This document shows, in pieces, positions 1 to 7,942 of a stretch of 64,000 nucleotides of DNA. A program made the position numbers and the translations under genes. A model generated the notes under the pieces. It made no database searches. It was not told the DNA's origin and saw only the letters and a list, made by a program, of their open reading frames with translations. Positions within the stretch are counted from its first letter, which is position 1, and the number at the start of each line of letters is the position of its first letter. The DNA comes from Granulosicoccaceae bacterium (GTDB taxonomy: Bacteria; Pseudomonadota; Gammaproteobacteria; CALCKW01): contig JAWSVD010000110.1 in NCBI GenBank assembly GCA_033852095.1, positions 6,729 to 70,728 on the forward strand, given 5' to 3'.

Positions 1-11
1 TGACACTGCAT

Positions 12-1373
12 ATGCCGCGGGTGCTGCGTATCGAACTGAGACGTTTGCTCGCCCTCGCCACCCCACTGATCGGCGCGCAACTGCTGCAGATGGGCAACGG
101 ATTGGTGGACACATTGGTCGCCGGCAGGCTCGGCCGCGACGCGCTGGCAGCGGCGGGCATAGGTGCTGCGGTGTGGTTTATTGTCGCCCTGTCTTGCATC
201 GGCCTGCTCGCCAGCTTGTCACCGGTGATCGCGCAGATGCGCGGCCAGGGCCGGCAACTGGAGATCGGCGGCGTGATCCGCCAGGGCCTGTGGCTGGCGT
301 GCATCTGGGGTTTTGTTTCACTGTTGCTGGTGTGGCTGCTGGGCCGCTCGCTGGTGGCGCTCGGCATCTCCCCCGATCTGGTGCCGTCCATTCACGCCTA
401 TCTGCACGCCGCCGCCTGGGGCCTGCCCGCCATGGCGCTGCTGATGGCCGCCCGCGGCGTGTGTGAGGCCGCCGGTCGCACCCGCCCCGTGTTGCTGGTG
501 CAGTTGCTGGGCCTGGTGGTTAATATCATCGGCGATTTGGGACTGGGACTGGGCTGGTTCGGTCTGCCCGCACTTGGCTTGCAGGGCATCGGCTGGAGCA
601 CCACCGCGGTGATGATTTGCATGGCCGCCGCGCTGTTGTTTCTGCTCTCGCAGCCGGGCTTTCAGCGCTTTAAAATCTACAGCCAATGGGATTGGCCGAA
701 ATGGGCAACGCTTAACATGCTGCTCGGCCTGTCGATTCCCATTTGCCTGGCCCTGTTGTTCGAGGCGGGTCTGTTCACCGCCACCGCCATCCAGATGGGG
801 GTGCTGGGCGCCCTGCCTGCCGGTGCGCACAACATCGCTATTGGCGTGACCTCATTTTGTTATATGTTGCCGCTGGGTTTGTCCGCTGCGCTGACCGCGC
901 GCATAGGGCAAGCTTTTGGCCGCGGCTCGCTGGCCAGCGTGCGACTGCGCATCAACGCCGGCGTCATTGCGGTGATTGTCATGGCCAGCTCGACGGCGCT
1001 GCTGCTGGTGTTGTTCCGGCACGCCGTGCCCAGCCTCTACACCGATGATGTGCCGGTGCAACAGCTGGCCGCGCAGATGCTGATTTTCTCGGCGATATTC
1101 CAGCTCTCCGACGGGCTGCAAGCCACCTTTTTCGGTGCGCTGCGTGGCCTGCAAGACACCCGCGTGCCGATGCTGATCAACGCCTTTTCCTATTGGGTGA
1201 TCGCCTTCGGCCTGGGTTTTTATCTGGCGCACTACACCTCGGTCGGTGCTTTTGGGCTGTGGATCGGTCTGGTGGTCGGGCTCAGCCTCAGCTCCTTCTT
1301 CCTCTTTTTGCGGCTGCGGGTGGTCTTGCGCCAACAACAGCAGCTCTTACAAACGGATAATTCCCCGGCATGA
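12..1373 (+). CDS. MATE family efflux transporter
   Basis: 453-aa polytopic membrane ORF; N-terminal 'ATPLIGAQLLQMGNGLVDTLVAGRLG' and overall hydrophobic periodicity typical of NorM/DinF-type MATE proteins; ATG at 12. Confidence 0.85.
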   Translation: MPRVLRIELRRLLALATPLIGAQLLQMGNGLVDTLVAGRLGRDALAAAGIGAAVWFIVALSCIGLLASLSPVIAQMRGQGRQLEIGGVIRQGLWLACIWGFVSLLLVWLLGRSLVALGISPDLVPSIHAYLHAAAWGLPAMALLMAARGVCEAAGRTRPVLLVQLLGLVVNIIGDLGLGLGWFGLPALGLQGIGWSTTAVMICMAAALLFLLSQPGFQRFKIYSQWDWPKWATLNMLLGLSIPICLALLFEAGLFTATAIQMGVLGALPAGAHNIAIGVTSFCYMLPLGLSAALTARIGQAFGRGSLASVRLRINAGVIAVIVMASSTALLLVLFRHAVPSLYTDDVPVQQLAAQMLIFSAIFQLSDGLQATFFGALRGLQDTRVPMLINAFSYWVIAFGLGFYLAHYTSVGAFGLWIGLVVGLSLSSFFLFLRLRVVLRQQQQLLQTDNSPA

Positions 1374-1927
1374 GCACGCCCTATTATTTTGGTTTTGGCT
1401 CACTGGTCAATGAACACACCCTGCCGCCGGGCACCCGCTGGCAGCGGGCGACACTCAGCGGCTGGCGCCGCAGCTGGCAACACCCGATCCCCGGCGATCA
1501 CCCCTGGGCGGCGATGAACGTGATCCCCGACGCCAGCGCAGAGATCGACGGCCTGCTGGTGGTCGGTGGGCCGCACATCGACGATTACCTGCTGCAGCGA
1601 GAATCGGGCTACCGCTCGATTGCGCTGCAATACGATCAACTGACGCTAGACAGCGCGCTGCCCGCTGACGCTCGGCCCTGCCTGTGGGTCAGCAAGCAGG
1701 CCGAGCACAACACCTTGCCGCTGTCCTTGATGCAGAGCTACGTGGACGTGGTGGTGACGGGTTATCTGCGCAATTTTGGCCCCGCCGGGCTGCAGCGCTT
1801 TATCAGCAGCACCGACAACTGGCAGCTTCCACGGTACAATGACCGTGAGGCGCCGCGCTACCCGCGCTCGATTCACCTCAGTGAGCGGGAACGCGCCGCC
1901 CTAGACGCGCTGTTACCCGCGCCTTGA
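1370..1927 (+). CDS. gamma-glutamyl cyclotransferase-like (GGCT/AIG2/ChaC fold) protein
   Basis: 185 aa; N-terminal 'YYFGFGSLV' resembles the YGSL substrate-binding loop of GGCT-fold enzymes, later 'QRESGY' E/Y pair; start overlaps MATE stop (ATGA) suggesting translational coupling. Confidence 0.55.
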   Translation: MSTPYYFGFGSLVNEHTLPPGTRWQRATLSGWRRSWQHPIPGDHPWAAMNVIPDASAEIDGLLVVGGPHIDDYLLQRESGYRSIALQYDQLTLDSALPADARPCLWVSKQAEHNTLPLSLMQSYVDVVVTGYLRNFGPAGLQRFISSTDNWQLPRYNDREAPRYPRSIHLSERERAALDALLPAP

Positions 1928-1949
1928 CCCACCCCAGAGCGAGCTGACG

Positions 1950-2228
1950 ATGTTGCGATTATTCAAAACCCTGGGGCCCTTTGGCTTTGCGCTGGTGGGC
2001 ATAATGTCGGCCCTGCTGGTGGCGAGATTGACGGGCTCTCGCGGCAGCGACTTGGTGCTGCACGCCTTCATCGCCATTCCCGGCAGCTTGTTTGGGCTCT
2101 TCGTGCACGACATGATGGACAACACACTGGGCATGGGCAATCTGGAAAGTGCACTGCTGGTGGTTGCCTGCACCACGGGCGTTATTGCTGGTGCACTGAA
2201 CGCACTTTGGCTGCAACGACGCGATTGA
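1950..2228 (+). CDS. small hypothetical membrane protein
   Basis: 92-aa ORF with 2-3 hydrophobic helices; no recognisable family; position consistent with operon. Confidence 0.4.
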   Translation: MLRLFKTLGPFGFALVGIMSALLVARLTGSRGSDLVLHAFIAIPGSLFGLFVHDMMDNTLGMGNLESALLVVACTTGVIAGALNALWLQRRD

Positions 2229-2402
2229 GGGCGCAGTTGTATCTGTTCGTTTACAGCCGTCAAGGCCTAGATTACTAACGGGAAGAGATGCGCAGTACCG
2301 CACTGCCTTTACGCTGTATCGGTGTTTATACTGCCCTTGAATAACCGACCCACACAGCGGTGCGCTCACGCCGATGAGCTGCACTGCCAAGCGAGATCTA
2401 CC

Positions 2403-4199
2403 GTGTCACGACCCTACACTTACAAGCAACTGCTGCTTGCCCTGACCACCGCGACGGCGCTTTACAGCTCACTCGCCTTCGCCAGCGGTGAGGTCAGCGT
2501 CATTGAATCGCACCTCGAGCCGGCCGCCCCCTACCAGTACGAAGCCGGTGGCAGCAGCTATTTCTGGGGCATGGGTCAGGATGAGTTCCTCGACGGCTTT
2601 TTCTACCGCGGCCATCGCCACAGCAGCATCGACGGCACCGATGCGGTGGTGCTGAAGCGCGTCGATATCCCCGGCATCGCCACGGGCACGCCCTGCGGCG
2701 TGTTTGCCGAATCGGACGGCGGCGATTTGGCCGTGAGCTACCCGCTCGGCGCCGGCGGCAATTGCGACATGTCCGCCATGCTCGCCGGCCGCATCATCAA
2801 CCGCGGCACACTGGACACCTTCTCCAACGCCGGGCCCGCCCCGAAGAACATCGAGCGCGTGGATTTTCTCTACCACTACGGCTTGCTGACGTCTTTGAGC
2901 GACGCGGGACTGGACGCGGGCGGTCATATCGTGGCGGAAAAGCGCGGCAACAATGCGCTGAAAGTGGCGGCTATCTTGTCCCTAGACGACAGCGGCGAGC
3001 CCAGTGCCTACGGCCCGCTGGTGACGATCAACGCAGCGGGCTGCAGCGACCCGGCGATCTGTTACGGCGTCACCGCAGTGCGCCACAGCTACAGTTTTTT
3101 GCAGAGCGCCTCGCTGGCACCGCAGACCTTTGCGGTACAGCTCTCGGGCGAGACAGAGAACATGGCGGCGGCTTTTATTTCCAGCCGTGATCTGGGCCTG
3201 AGCACCGCACAAACTTACTACGGTTTTTCAGTGTTCGGCCAAGACGTGGACGCCAGCACCCACGACCTGCTCAACCCTGTCTCCTACCCGCGTGATACTG
3301 CCGACAATTTCATCTTGCCCGGTGATGGCGCCGACCTGTACGGCGGCATGGCGAGCAAATACTGGGATCTGGACGGCAGCGGCGGCGCGGCGGGCAGCGC
3401 TGTGTCTGGTGATGTCTACCTGGACCAAAACCACAACAACAGCCGCGACGCGACAGACCCAGGACTCGCCGGTGTGCCTGTCAATTTATACGCCGACAGC
3501 AACGGAAACGGTATTTTTGATGCAGGCGTCGATGCCTTGCTGCTGCGCGCGCACAGCAACAGCAAGGGCAGCTTTTACTACCCCGGCATCAGCGACGGCG
3601 ACTATTTTGCTGAGCTGGATGAAAGCAGTGATGCCATTCCCGCCAGCTTGTTTATCCCGGCCAACGCCAACCCCATTTTCTTCAGCGTGGTCGACGGCCG
3701 CAGCTCAGGCCTGAACTTCGCATTCGCTGCAGTCAGTGGCGACGGCACGGCGGTGAATGCAGAGAACGACGCGATCACCCTGCGTCAGGACACCAGCACC
3801 CACATCGATGTACTGGCAAATGACAGCGACCCCGTGGGCGCAGGTCTCTCGGTGGCCAGTGTCACAGCAGCCGGGCACGGCGAGGTGCGCATTGCAGACA
3901 ATCAAGTGGTCTACACCCCCCATGCAGGTTATTCGGGCAGTGACAGCTTCAGCTACACTGCGCAAGACGGCGGCGGTGCTGAGTCGACGGCGGCCGTTGC
4001 GGTCAAGGTGCTGCGTTTCAGCGACATCAACCACAACGGCATCGACGACTACGAAGAGTGCAACTGCAGCGATATCCGCGCAGTCACCGGGGTGCACGGC
4101 TCCGGGGTGGGCGGCGGCAATGGTTTGTGGCTGCTGCTCTTGGTTTCATCTGGATTTATTCAGCGCAAGTTTTCCGCGCGCACAGGAGTTGCATCATGA
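2403..4199 (+). CDS. secreted cadherin-like/Ig-like repeat surface protein with GlyGly-CTERM-like C-terminal sorting tail
   Basis: Track ORF 2322..4199. Probable GTG start at 2403 gives n-region 'VSRPYTYKQ' plus h-region 'LLLALTTATALYSSLAFA' signal peptide. Central 'VNAENDAITLRQDTSTHIDVLANDSDPVGAGLSVASV...VVYTPHAGYSGSDSFSYTAQDGGG' is a classic bacterial cadherin-like/VCBS-type repeat. C-terminus has Gly-rich stretch, then hydrophobic helix 'LWLLLLVSSGFI', then basic 'QRKFSAR'. Confidence 0.7.
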   Translation: MSRPYTYKQLLLALTTATALYSSLAFASGEVSVIESHLEPAAPYQYEAGGSSYFWGMGQDEFLDGFFYRGHRHSSIDGTDAVVLKRVDIPGIATGTPCGVFAESDGGDLAVSYPLGAGGNCDMSAMLAGRIINRGTLDTFSNAGPAPKNIERVDFLYHYGLLTSLSDAGLDAGGHIVAEKRGNNALKVAAILSLDDSGEPSAYGPLVTINAAGCSDPAICYGVTAVRHSYSFLQSASLAPQTFAVQLSGETENMAAAFISSRDLGLSTAQTYYGFSVFGQDVDASTHDLLNPVSYPRDTADNFILPGDGADLYGGMASKYWDLDGSGGAAGSAVSGDVYLDQNHNNSRDATDPGLAGVPVNLYADSNGNGIFDAGVDALLLRAHSNSKGSFYYPGISDGDYFAELDESSDAIPASLFIPANANPIFFSVVDGRSSGLNFAFAAVSGDGTAVNAENDAITLRQDTSTHIDVLANDSDPVGAGLSVASVTAAGHGEVRIADNQVVYTPHAGYSGSDSFSYTAQDGGGAESTAAVAVKVLRFSDINHNGIDDYEECNCSDIRAVTGVHGSGVGGGNGLWLLLLVSSGFIQRKFSARTGVAS

Positions 4200-5257
4200 G
4201 CGCCCATAGCTCGCTGAAGACGCCGCTGAGCTTCTTGGCGCTGGCCTCTGCACTGTTATTGCCAGCCGCTGTCAGCGCTGCCGATTCACCCGACAACCGC
4301 TATTTTGCCCAGCGCTGGTACGCGGGCGCTGGCGTCAGCACCAGCCGCCTGGACCCTGCGCTGACAACTGACGCGTTGAGCATCACAGACAAACGCGGCC
4401 AGGGCTTTAAGCTGAACGTGGGTTATGACTTGAGCCCGCGCATCACCTTGGACGGCTACGTTGGCACGCTTGGCGAGGCGGACCTGAGCTTCTTGAACAC
4501 GCCCGTGGGCGGGGTTGGCTACGATGTCTATGGCCTCAGCTTGGTCGCCTATGTGTATTCGGCCGGCTCCCCCTACAGCGACCGCTACGATGACGACGGC
4601 CTGTACCAGCGCGAGGGCTTGTCCTCTTATGTGCGCGTGGGCCTGGGTGGCATGCGCAATGACAGCGACGAGGTCGAATACGACCGTGATCACGCCTCTC
4701 ATCTGGCCGCTGGCCTGGGCATGGAATACGGCTGGTCCAACGGCCACGCCCTGCGCGCTGAGCTGACCTCCTACGACAGCGACGCCCGTGAGCTCTCGCT
4801 GTCCGTGCTGAAACGCTTCGGCGACAGCAGCTACGCATTGGCCGCTGCCGCCGTGGTGGCATTGCCTGAAATCGTCGCCGCAGCGCCTGAACCTGCAGCC
4901 CAGGCGGTAGCCGAGGCACTCAAGCTCGGCAAGCGCATCGTGTTGTTCTCCTTTGACAGCATCGACGTCAGAACGGACTACGAGGCAACGCTCAACGGGC
5001 TCGCGCAGGTGCTGCAAGACAGCCCAGATATCCGCGTGCAGATCGACGGCCACTCAGACTGGGTCGGCGACGCTGCGTACAACATGATGCTGTCCAATCG
5101 GCGTGCTATCTCGGTGCGCGACTATTTGATCAACCGCGGTGTCGATGCCGAGCAACTGGGCGCCAAAGGTTACGGAGAGCAAGAGCCAGTCGCCGACAAC
5201 AAGACAGCCTTCGGCCGCTCCCGCAATCGCCGGGTTGAAATCACCCGCGGGCTCTGA
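4196..5257 (+). CDS. OmpA family outer-membrane protein (N-terminal beta-barrel-like domain plus C-terminal OmpA/peptidoglycan-binding domain)
   Basis: Internal ATG (MSAHSSLKTPLSFLALASALLLPAAVSAA signal peptide) overlapping upstream stop as ATGA with AGGAG 7 nt upstream; C-terminal 'IDGHSDWVGDAAYNMMLSNRRAISVRDYL...NRRVEI' matches OmpA_C motif. Confidence 0.85.
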   Translation: MSAHSSLKTPLSFLALASALLLPAAVSAADSPDNRYFAQRWYAGAGVSTSRLDPALTTDALSITDKRGQGFKLNVGYDLSPRITLDGYVGTLGEADLSFLNTPVGGVGYDVYGLSLVAYVYSAGSPYSDRYDDDGLYQREGLSSYVRVGLGGMRNDSDEVEYDRDHASHLAAGLGMEYGWSNGHALRAELTSYDSDARELSLSVLKRFGDSSYALAAAAVVALPEIVAAAPEPAAQAVAEALKLGKRIVLFSFDSIDVRTDYEATLNGLAQVLQDSPDIRVQIDGHSDWVGDAAYNMMLSNRRAISVRDYLINRGVDAEQLGAKGYGEQEPVADNKTAFGRSRNRRVEITRGL

Positions 5258-5265
5258 TGAAAAAA

Positions 5266-5301
5266 CCGGCAAGCCCGCAGGGGGCTTGTCGGCAGCTTTT
5301 T
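5266..5301 (+). terminator. Rho-independent terminator downstream of the OmpA-family gene
   Basis: CCGGCAAGCCC-gcag-GGGGCTTGTCGG hairpin followed by CAGCTTTTT immediately after stop codon. Confidence 0.7.
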
Positions 5302-5564
5302 CCGAGCGCAAGATCACCAACCCAATAAAGCCAATACCGCAGCTGCATTCACAAAGACAACATGGCCCTCGATGTTCCGCGGCTGAACACCTGAATTTGT
5401 TGGCAGCCAGTATCAATTCCCCCTACTCCCCCCTCATCGAGTGCCAGAGCACTGCAGAAACACTGCCCAGGATCAGGCACCGCCGCGGACTATGACCTGG
5501 TCCTTTGCGCGGCGCTGAAAGCGTGACATGCTCTTGTTTTAAATGACCGTAGACGGAGACAAAA

Positions 5565-5861
5565 ATGCACCTACTGATGGACATCATGGTTTCACCCGGA
5601 GGTGTCGGCATGTCCGTGTCGCCGTTCGTCGCCGCCTGTGAACGCATCTTTGTAGCCGCCGGCCTGAAGCATCAGTTGCACGCCTTTGGCACCAATGTAG
5701 AGGGCGATTGGGATGAGGTGATGGCGGCCGTTAAACAGTGCCACATTAAATTGCAAGCAATGGGGGCGGTGCGGGTCACCAGCCACATCAAGATGAGCAC
5801 CCGCACCGACCGAACGCAAACCCTGCAGGACAAGGTAGACAGTGTGAATCAGAAACTCTGA
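5565..5861 (+). CDS. MTH1187/YkoF family (UPF0045) thiamine-binding-like protein
   Basis: 98 aa; 'VSPGGVGMSVSPFVAACERIFVAAGLKHQLHAFGTNVEGDWDEVMAAVKQCH' fits the family pattern (isvxP...S.s.yVa...GL.y...pmgTxiEG.wdevm). Confidence 0.7.
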   Translation: MHLLMDIMVSPGGVGMSVSPFVAACERIFVAAGLKHQLHAFGTNVEGDWDEVMAAVKQCHIKLQAMGAVRVTSHIKMSTRTDRTQTLQDKVDSVNQKL

Positions 5862-5919
5862 CCAAGGTATGACCCTGGCAGCGGCTTTGTTAGAGCGGCA
5901 GAATGAGCTCAGACAGTAC

Positions 5920-6645
5920 TCAGCCGAGCCAGTGCTGCAAAGCGTAGTAGGCGGCATTGGCGATCAACAGCGCCCAACCAAAACTCAAAAAGGTGCCGAT
6001 GATGATGTATTCGGCAACACGCCGGTGGGCGTTGTTTTTGATGTCCCCAAAGCGCAAGATGGATTTCGCTGCCAGCACAAAACCCACGCTGCCGGGCTGG
6101 CCGGTGAAGACAAAGAGCACAACCAGCGCGCGCTCCAGCCAACCGATGTACTGACCACCGTGGCGCAAGCCTTGCAGTTCCCCGCCCAATTCTTCGACCA
6201 TGGGTCTCATCATGGTACCTATCAGATAACCACCGGCCGGTATGGCCAGCAGCAGAGCGCTGACCACGGTGAGCGCCGCGTAGAGCAGGCTAGCGCCCTG
6301 CTCCGGCAGCAGCTTTAGCCAAATAGATTGGCTGGCGGCATCAGGGTAGGCAAGGGAGAGACCGATAACCACGGCGATATGCACGAACTGATCAAAGACG
6401 AATGCTCCGAGCTTGTCCGACAAGACCCAGGTTTTTATCGCGTCCATCGCCAGGTGCGAGCCGTATATCAGCAACAACACCGGCCAGTGCAAACTGCCCA
6501 GCAAAAAGGCTGTCACCATGACCACCACGGTGACATGAATAACCAGCACCTGCGGTTTTTGCTTGTTCGCCACCATCCACCCTGTCTGGAATAAAAAATC
6601 CCCCAGCAGATGGCCGGTCAACAGCAGGACCAAAGTCTCCCACAT
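5920..6645 (-). CDS. DUF3307-like integral membrane protein
   Basis: 241 aa, N-terminal 'LLLTGHLLGDFLFQTGWM' (HllgDFxxQ hallmark as I recall it for DUF3307), multiple TM helices. Confidence 0.55.
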   Translation of the reverse strand: MWETLVLLLTGHLLGDFLFQTGWMVANKQKPQVLVIHVTVVVMVTAFLLGSLHWPVLLLIYGSHLAMDAIKTWVLSDKLGAFVFDQFVHIAVVIGLSLAYPDAASQSIWLKLLPEQGASLLYAALTVVSALLLAIPAGGYLIGTMMRPMVEELGGELQGLRHGGQYIGWLERALVVLFVFTGQPGSVGFVLAAKSILRFGDIKNNAHRRVAEYIIIGTFLSFGWALLIANAAYYALQHWLG

Positions 6646-6695
6646 GGCTCAGGCGTTCCTCTGATTAGTACAACCTATTTTGGTTGTTAATTAAA

Positions 6696-7463
6696 TTACA
6701 ACTTTCTATGGCTGTCATCGACCGTGCCCTCTTGCCGCAGCCACTCGCTGCTCTCGAAGGTCTCCACGGCGAGTGACAGGGCTTCCCAATGCGCCGCCCG
6801 CAAGCCCTTGCCCACGGCCTGTTTAGATACCGGTGGGCTGAGCGATGACGCGATAGCTGACTGCGTGGGCGCCAGCGGGTGCAAAGCGGCGTGCACTAAT
6901 TCTGCCTGTCGCTGCGTCCAAGAACCCACCAAAGTGTCACACAATCGCGCAACCAACCTCAGCCAAGGGGCAAGTATCGCGCCTACCGGCAACACCACGG
7001 TCAGACGCTCGCGGCGCATTTCATCCAACATTTGGCCTGAACTGACAAACGCAGGCCCACCGGACAGGGCCAGAGACGCAGCCAGCGGCCGCGCGGCCGC
7101 GATGCCCACGGCGATGCGTGTATCAACCGCGCACCGGGCAATCAGCGCCGAGCGAATCCACAGCGCCGCGCGCAAGGCAAAGGCCGGGTTGCTCAGCAAC
7201 AACTGCCAGCCATCGCCCCGAGACACCTCCAAGGGGCGGGGCAGCAAATCTTCGGACCACAGCGCTATCTCTGCCGCGGCTTCACCCAGCACAAGCCGCG
7301 CACGACTGAGCTCCGCCTCACTCATTTTCTGTGAGGCGACGATGTCTCCGGTTAATACTGCCTGGCTGCCATGCGATTCCATGTGTAGCACTCTAGCAAA
7401 AGCGGCGCCGTCAGACACATTTAAGTACTGATTTAACAACCAGTTATCAAAAAAAGTCTGCAC
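6696..7463 (-). CDS. SatD-like protein
   Basis: 255 aa; 'QAVLTGDIVASQKMSEAEL' resembles the conserved xTGDIVxSR motif of SatD-family proteins; sits immediately upstream of and co-oriented with the DUF3307 gene (satD/satE-like arrangement). Start uncertain (GTG at 7463 or ATG at 7382). Confidence 0.45.
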   Translation of the reverse strand: MQTFFDNWLLNQYLNVSDGAAFARVLHMESHGSQAVLTGDIVASQKMSEAELSRARLVLGEAAAEIALWSEDLLPRPLEVSRGDGWQLLLSNPAFALRAALWIRSALIARCAVDTRIAVGIAAARPLAASLALSGGPAFVSSGQMLDEMRRERLTVVLPVGAILAPWLRLVARLCDTLVGSWTQRQAELVHAALHPLAPTQSAIASSLSPPVSKQAVGKGLRAAHWEALSLAVETFESSEWLRQEGTVDDSHRKL

Positions 7464-7513
7464 GCCGCGCCCACAGCCCTCGCTCCGCCGTGCTCAGAGC
7501 CCGAAAACGCCGC

Positions 7514-7942
7514 TCAGAGCTGCAACACCAAGTGCGGCTGCCCGTCCGAGGTTTTCTCGCGGCTGGCGCCCGCCGGGCCGAGCACTGCGGTGATGCGTTG
7601 GCGCATATTGGAGAAACTCTCAAAGCTCACCACGTCCACGGGCTCGTCGAGCTTGAGCGAGACCCGGTACCAGCCGGGCCGCACCCGCTCGATGGCCAGC
7701 AGCCTCGCCGTGATCGGCTGGCCACGAAACCTTCCCCGCACCGCAGCCCCCACCGACCAGCCCGCGGGGGCGCGGTCGCAGATGGCCGCACTGAACGTGT
7801 TCCAGTCGCGGTATCCGTGGCGCTGGGCCACCAGCTCGAGCGAGCGACTGTGGCTGATCAGCTCACCCCGCGCCTCGCGCTCGGCACGCAGTTGCTTGGC
7901 CTCGATCTTTGCCTGCGCGGCATTGGGCCCGGCCGTGCTCAT
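7514..7942 (-). CDS. hypothetical protein, translationally coupled to upstream MATE gene
   Basis: Internal ATG of the 7514..8389 ORF at 7942 overlaps the MATE stop (ATGA). The part of the 291-aa track ORF lying upstream of it overlaps the MATE gene out of frame and is probably not translated. 142-aa product 'MSTAGPNAAQAKIEAKQLRAEREARGEL...' has no family I recognise. Confidence 0.45.
   Translation of the reverse strand: MSTAGPNAAQAKIEAKQLRAEREARGELISHSRSLELVAQRHGYRDWNTFSAAICDRAPAGWSVGAAVRGRFRGQPITARLLAIERVRPGWYRVSLKLDEPVDVVSFESFSNMRQRITAVLGPAGASREKTSDGQPHLVLQL

Noticed and set aside
5258-5564. Possible TPP (THI-box) riboswitch in the 300-nt leader of the MTH1187/YkoF-like gene
   Set aside because: The segment 'GCTGAACACCTGAATTTGTTGGCAGCCAG' only loosely resembles the CUGAGA...ACCUGAUCUGGAUAAUGCCAGC core. 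The CUGAGA and GGGGUGC elements are missing. A covariance-model scan would be needed; not called.
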